Shown in pieces: positions 56,710 to 60,224 of a stretch of DNA of 60,224 nucleotides. A program made the position numbers and the translations under genes. Numbering within the stretch: the stretch's first letter is position 1; each line of letters opens with the position of its first letter. The stretch lies in the IMG/VR virus record IMGVR_UViG_3300045988_031686; one strand, 5' to 3'. The stretch comes from a virus. The notes below the pieces were generated by a model. That model worked only from the letters and a program-made list of their open reading frames with translations. It was not told the origin of the DNA and made no database searches.

Positions 56710-56821
56710 ATTTCTCAGTCTGACAGCTTTAGGTATATTTATAATCGGCATAATAATAGTGCTCATAATGATTTTTGCCATAGGCATAAGGACACTCATA
56801 CAGATGTTCCAAGACATGTAA
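56684..56821 (+). CDS. Small TM peptide (45 aa)
   Basis: Hydrophobic core LTALGIFIIGIIIVLIMIFAIGI. Confidence 0.25.
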   Translation: MIKAMGIIRFLSLTALGIFIIGIIIVLIMIFAIGIRTLIQMFQDM

Positions 56822-56824
56822 TTT

Positions 56825-56896
56825 TGGGCTATCGTCAAGTGGTAAGGCACAGCACTTTGACTGCTGTATTCGTGGGTTCGAATCCCACTAGCCCAG
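56825..56896 (+). tRNA. tRNA-Gln (anticodon UUG)
   Basis: Acceptor stem tgggcta/tagccca, anticodon stem cagca/tgctg, anticodon loop cttTGac with anticodon TTG, T-arm gtggg-ttcgaat-cccac. No encoded CCA. Confidence 0.85.
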
Positions 56897-57124
56897 TTTG
56901 GTCATGCAAATGACCATCGGACTTTTAAGTCATGTTGTTTCATAAACTCCACCTATTAGCGGAATGCTGTTAAGAGCCGTCACAAGGCTCGATAGGTTTT
57001 CGGGTTTTGTTGCTGTAGTTACCCGGCGCTCCATAACACGCTAAAAGAATAGCAACAGTGCGGACAACATAAGCCGGGAAGCTTGCGACGCTGCTGGTTC
57101 TCGCTGTCGCCCAGTCTGCACTTA

Positions 57125-57198
57125 CGGGATATAGTTCAGCTTGGCAGAACGCTCCACTTGGGATGGAGAGGTCGTAGGTTCAAATCCTGCTATTCCGA
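57125..57198 (+). tRNA. tRNA-Pro (anticodon UGG)
   Basis: Acceptor stem cgggata/tattccg, D-arm gttc/gaac, anticodon stem ctcca/tggag, anticodon loop ctTGGga, T-arm gtagg-ttcaaat-cctgc. Confidence 0.85.
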
Positions 57199-57300
57199 CT
57201 GCCTCGAATGAGGCGCAAAGCAATACCCCTTTTGATTCAATTTTCGTGCAGCCTTGCTACCGCTCGGCAAGTAAAACAAAGAGCGGACATGACGCATTAG

Positions 57301-57372
57301 TCAAGTGGTTAAGACACAGCCTTTTCACGGTGGAGACGTGAGTTCGATTCTCTCATGCGTCACTTAGACGTA
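57301..57372 (+). tRNA. tRNA-Glu (anticodon UUC), with mismatches
   Basis: Acceptor stem gacgcat/atgcgtc, anticodon loop ttTTCac, T-loop ttcgatt. One A-G mismatch in the anticodon stem and one U-U mismatch in the T stem. Confidence 0.65.
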
Positions 57373-57561
57373 AATTGTCTGTTGGTGTGTAGCAAAATAG
57401 GTAAACGCAAGCAAAGAAGCTGATTGATAGCATGTTTGCCAAGTAATAAGCGGGGATTGTCCGTAATTAGCAACAAGCAGCTTTCAGAAATCAATCATGT
57501 GTGGTGCAAATCCACACCGCATCAATCTTTTAGTATTGACACTGAATTACGGAGGACTGCA

Positions 57562-57780
57562 ATGGACTATTTTAGCATGTATAGAGATATATGGACATTC
57601 CACAAGAAGTACATCGACAAGATAAAGTTTGCCGATGATAAGATGTGGGCTGAAATAGTAGCAGAAAGTAGCGAACTCTGTAAAAGATATGATAACTGTG
57701 GGTTTATTTTGTCATTGGCAGTGAACGAGGTGAATGAGTTTGAGGAGATTAGCAAATCTGTACATCCGATACAAGACTAA
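57562..57780 (+). CDS. Hypothetical protein
   Basis: ATG 57562 after ACGGAGG. The upstream part of the track ORF is probably non-coding. Confidence 0.5.
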   Translation: MDYFSMYRDIWTFHKKYIDKIKFADDKMWAEIVAESSELCKRYDNCGFILSLAVNEVNEFEEISKSVHPIQD

Positions 57781-57973
57781 AAATTTAAAAAGAATACCAT
57801 TGTTTACGATGACATTCAATTATCCAAAGTATAAAGCTGAGGGTAAAAAATATAGCTGCATGCTTTACGCACACCCTTATATTGCACAAGACGAATTTGT
57901 AAAGAGCAAATTACAGGAAGTTGTTGACCATATCAGAGATAACTATGATTTAGACATTTTTACGAGGATTTGA
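57734..57973 (+). CDS. Hypothetical protein (start uncertain)
   Basis: 79-aa ORF. Confidence 0.35.
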   Translation: MSLRRLANLYIRYKTKNLKRIPLFTMTFNYPKYKAEGKKYSCMLYAHPYIAQDEFVKSKLQEVVDHIRDNYDLDIFTRI

Positions 57974-57982
57974 GGTGTGCGT

Positions 57983-58195
57983 ATGTGCGAATTTTGCAAA
58001 GACATAGGAATTGGATTGCCGGACTGGGATTTTTTACCAAAAGAGGACGAAGATATAGTGCCGTCTGGTGATGCAATAGAAATCAGAAAAATTATGAATA
58101 AGAACGCCCTTGTTTTTACAAATAGTGCAAACGAGTACGGAGTAGGAGCATTAAATATCAATTATTGCCCTATCTGTGGCAGAAAGCTGGTGTAA
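57983..58195 (+). CDS. Split zinc-ribbon protein, paralogue 1
   Basis: Begins MCEFC and ends YCPICGRKLV. Confidence 0.55.
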   Translation: MCEFCKDIGIGLPDWDFLPKEDEDIVPSGDAIEIRKIMNKNALVFTNSANEYGVGALNINYCPICGRKLV

Positions 58196-58196
58196 T

Positions 58197-58418
58197 ATGT
58201 GCAAATTTTGCAGCAATAAGCCGGAGGCTATAATCTTAAGTACGGAACAAAGCGGTGTAATGGGTGAAAAAATAAAAATCTGTGAGGCTAAAATACAGGA
58301 CAATGGATTGGTGCTGGAAATGGTTTTTGACAATTTGCCTTCAAACCTTAGGTTTTCGGTTTTAAAAAAGAAAATATTTTATTGCCCTATGTGTGGTAGA
58401 GAGTTGGTGAAAGAATGA
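58197..58418 (+). CDS. Split zinc-ribbon protein, paralogue 2
   Basis: Begins MCKFC and ends YCPMCGRELV. Confidence 0.55.
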   Translation: MCKFCSNKPEAIILSTEQSGVMGEKIKICEAKIQDNGLVLEMVFDNLPSNLRFSVLKKKIFYCPMCGRELVKE

Positions 58419-58669
58419 ACGAATTTTTAAAATTTTTTGACGATAAAGCAAAAGACTTCCCTATGCACCTTCAAATCACTTATAGTAAAATATGCGATTG
58501 GAATATTTTGATTTATAAAAAAGGCTGTGCTGATGATTATCCTGAGGCTAAGCATGACGGCGAAGATGTAATAATTGTCAATGAAAGTGATTGCGACATG
58601 GAGCTTTGCTTTGCTAAGGCACATGTAGAGCTAAAAGAATGGCTTTCGGAATTTAATGGCGGATATTAA
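58415..58669 (+). CDS. Hypothetical protein
   Basis: 84-aa coupled ORF. Confidence 0.45.
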   Translation: MNEFLKFFDDKAKDFPMHLQITYSKICDWNILIYKKGCADDYPEAKHDGEDVIIVNESDCDMELCFAKAHVELKEWLSEFNGGY

Positions 58670-58681
58670 GGCGGTGTAAGA

Positions 58682-59044
58682 ATGAAAGAAACTATTTTAT
58701 ATATTTCTGATACTGAAAAAGATATCGTTAAGTACTTAGAAAGCTTTCAAAGATATTTAGAAGGGCATGAAATTTTATGTTCATTAGATAAAAAAAATAG
58801 AATTTTAAAAACGCAAAATTACGATATTGTCGGCAAAAACATTTTCGGTAATTTGCTTGGGGCTGGCTACGGATATTGCGTATATTACTGTTTTTCAGAT
58901 AAGATTAGTAAATTTCAATATTTTGCAACGCAAAGAAAAAGAATGGAAGAAATTTTGATGCATGTAAGAAAAGGGGCAAAAGAAATATCGGAATATGGCA
59001 TTTTGTGTATGGTTGTGTACGGGTTGGAGGATTGGGAAATATGA
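58682..59044 (+). CDS. Hypothetical protein
   Basis: 120-aa ORF. Confidence 0.45.
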   Translation: MKETILYISDTEKDIVKYLESFQRYLEGHEILCSLDKKNRILKTQNYDIVGKNIFGNLLGAGYGYCVYYCFSDKISKFQYFATQRKRMEEILMHVRKGAKEISEYGILCMVVYGLEDWEI

Positions 59045-59238
59045 AACATCAAAAAGAATGGCACACTTGCGATAGGTGCGGTGCAGAAATAAACGAAAAT
59101 GAAAGAAGTATGTTTCTGAAAAAGGTTTATAGAATAAGCGGACTTTTAGTCAGAAAATATGCTTATGAAAAGGTAAATGCCTTTGACTTATGCCCTAAGT
59201 GCAGGAAAGATTTTGAGAGGTTTATGAGGAATGAATGA
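59041..59238 (+). CDS. Zinc-ribbon protein
   Basis: CDRCGAE...CPKC. Confidence 0.5.
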   Translation: MKHQKEWHTCDRCGAEINENERSMFLKKVYRISGLLVRKYAYEKVNAFDLCPKCRKDFERFMRNE

Positions 59239-59527
59239 TTGTTCAAAATGTAAATTCAGCGAAGAAGATTATATTTTCGATGAAGAAACAGGAGACGAAT
59301 ACCCCTTTTACATTTGTAGCAAAGGAAACGACACAAGCTTAGATTATGAGTGTAAAGATTTTAAGGAATATAAGCCAAAGAAATATAAAGAAAAAGATAC
59401 AAAGTGCGATAAATGTGAGCATCTTGAGATTTGCCTTGATAAGGGCAATGTTATTGATTGCAAGACAGTTTGCGATACAAGAAGTCATTATATAGGTGGC
59501 AGAATGGGGTGTGTTAAAAATGAATGA
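59231..59527 (+). CDS. Cys-rich protein
   Basis: Begins MNDCSKC; nine or more Cys residues. Confidence 0.45.
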   Translation: MNDCSKCKFSEEDYIFDEETGDEYPFYICSKGNDTSLDYECKDFKEYKPKKYKEKDTKCDKCEHLEICLDKGNVIDCKTVCDTRSHYIGGRMGCVKNE

Positions 59528-59807
59528 TTGCAACTTAACTACATGCCGCTACAACAAAGACAATAAATGCACAAATAATGAAAAGAGAAATATAAAGCAT
59601 ATCGGCGATGAGGATGACAAGCCGATAGAAACATCTGAATTACACGATATGACTATTGGTGTTGATGTTTCTGTTGATGCAGTTAATGAGTACGCAAAAT
59701 CAATCTTAGGAAGATACCCTAAAGACAATATAGAGTTTTCAAGAGCTTTAGCAGTGAAAGTCCTAGAGGAAACAAAATCATTAGCGAATAGTGAAGAAAA
59801 GGGGTGA
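59520..59807 (+). CDS. Hypothetical protein
   Basis: Begins MNDCNLTTC; its ATG overlaps the end of the upstream gene. Confidence 0.45.
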   Translation: MNDCNLTTCRYNKDNKCTNNEKRNIKHIGDEDDKPIETSELHDMTIGVDVSVDAVNEYAKSILGRYPKDNIEFSRALAVKVLEETKSLANSEEKG

Positions 59808-59811
59808 GATT

Positions 59812-60009
59812 ATGAAAATATCAGAAATGAATAACTGTATTGAAGAAATGCGTAAATGCTACAACTTTGATGACGATAAGACAGAAATAATGGTTGGAGA
59901 TGCGATAAGCAACTCTACAAGATGTGTAAATGTATATACAAAGGATGAAAACGGAACACAAATTGAAATGAAAAGGTATGCAGATGAATTAGTGGAGAAA
60001 AGGAGTTGA
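59812..60009 (+). CDS. Hypothetical protein
   Basis: ATG 59812 after GGGGTGAG. Confidence 0.45.
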   Translation: MKISEMNNCIEEMRKCYNFDDDKTEIMVGDAISNSTRCVNVYTKDENGTQIEMKRYADELVEKRS

Positions 60010-60013
60010 AATT

Positions 60014-60224
60014 ATGAAAAAGTTATTTGTAAGCGTGCCAATGAAAGGCAGAACAGAGAAAGAAATCAAAGCTAGCATTCAGAAAATGAAAAAGATTGCT
60101 GAAATATACGAGGGCGAGGAATTAGAGCTTATCGACAGCTACATTGAGGATAACCCACCTAAAGACAGCAAAGAAGCTGTATGGTATTTAGGTGAAAGCC
60201 TTAAGAAGCTGGCACAGGCTGATG
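60014..60224 (+). CDS. 5' part of the wrapped DUF4406 / deoxyribosyltransferase-like gene (continues at 1-295)
   Basis: ATG 60014 after AGGAG; the frame runs off the window end into the terminal repeat. Confidence 0.55.
   Translation, partial: MKKLFVSVPMKGRTEKEIKASIQKMKKIAEIYEGEELELIDSYIEDNPPKDSKEAVWYLGESLKKLAQAD

Noticed and set aside
56599-56850. 83-aa reverse-strand ORF.
   Set aside because: It overlaps the 5' end of tRNA-Gln and is antisense to two small + strand ORFs. It is a hydrophobic, AT-codon-driven artefact.
57499-57517. T-arm-like hairpin gtgtgg-tgcaaat-ccacac, considered as a fourth tRNA.
   Set aside because: The loop lacks the TTC signature, and I could not build a matching acceptor stem, D arm or anticodon arm from the flanks.

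Overview
The window is a complete, circularly closed genome of a temperate tailed phage. It has siphovirus-type gene order. AGGAGG-type ribosome-binding sites and the protein families present suggest a low-GC Gram-positive, probably clostridial, host (inference). The first 119 nt recur exactly at 60106-60224, so the unit length is 60,105 bp and one gene wraps around the window ends. Nearly all genes are on the + strand.

Layout:
- 398-25784: packaging, head and tail genes (TerL, portal, scaffold, capsid, connectors, major tail protein, chaperones with a -1 frameshift site, tape measure, Dit, tail fibre).
- 26345-30807: CI-like repressor, switch and antirepressor-type genes.
- 30813-43967: recombination and replication genes (SMC-like ATPase, RecT-like, MBL nuclease, SSB, YopX, replisome organizer).
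- 44118-46090: HTH, sigma-like protein and large serine recombinase.
- 46254-50837: orphan cargo block of low-complexity, Cys-rich and C1q-like proteins.
- 51313-52348: the only multi-gene reverse-strand operon.
- 52439-53453: operator-rich early region.
- 53454-54277: the largest non-coding stretch.
- 54278-60224: TerS-like gene, T5orf172 nuclease, MazG, three tRNAs and many small zinc-ribbon genes.

Most notable observations:
1. The tape-measure gene is split by a 1.27-kb group-I-intron-like element. Its GIY-YIG homing-endonuclease gene is itself frameshifted at an A7 run.
2. A perfect (ACAG)8 microsatellite splits a PAPS-reductase-family gene in mid-domain. This has the form of a phase-variation switch.
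3. Two tRNA-like acceptor/T-arm minihelices punctuate the reverse-strand operon.
4. Six copies of ATGCACTTAT bracket two near-identical consensus promoters next to a small RHH gene.
5. A 5.3-kb terminator-bounded accessory island sits between the tape-measure and distal-tail genes.
6. Lysis functions are scattered over three loci.

All functional calls rest on motifs I could read in the translations and on gene order. No database search was possible.
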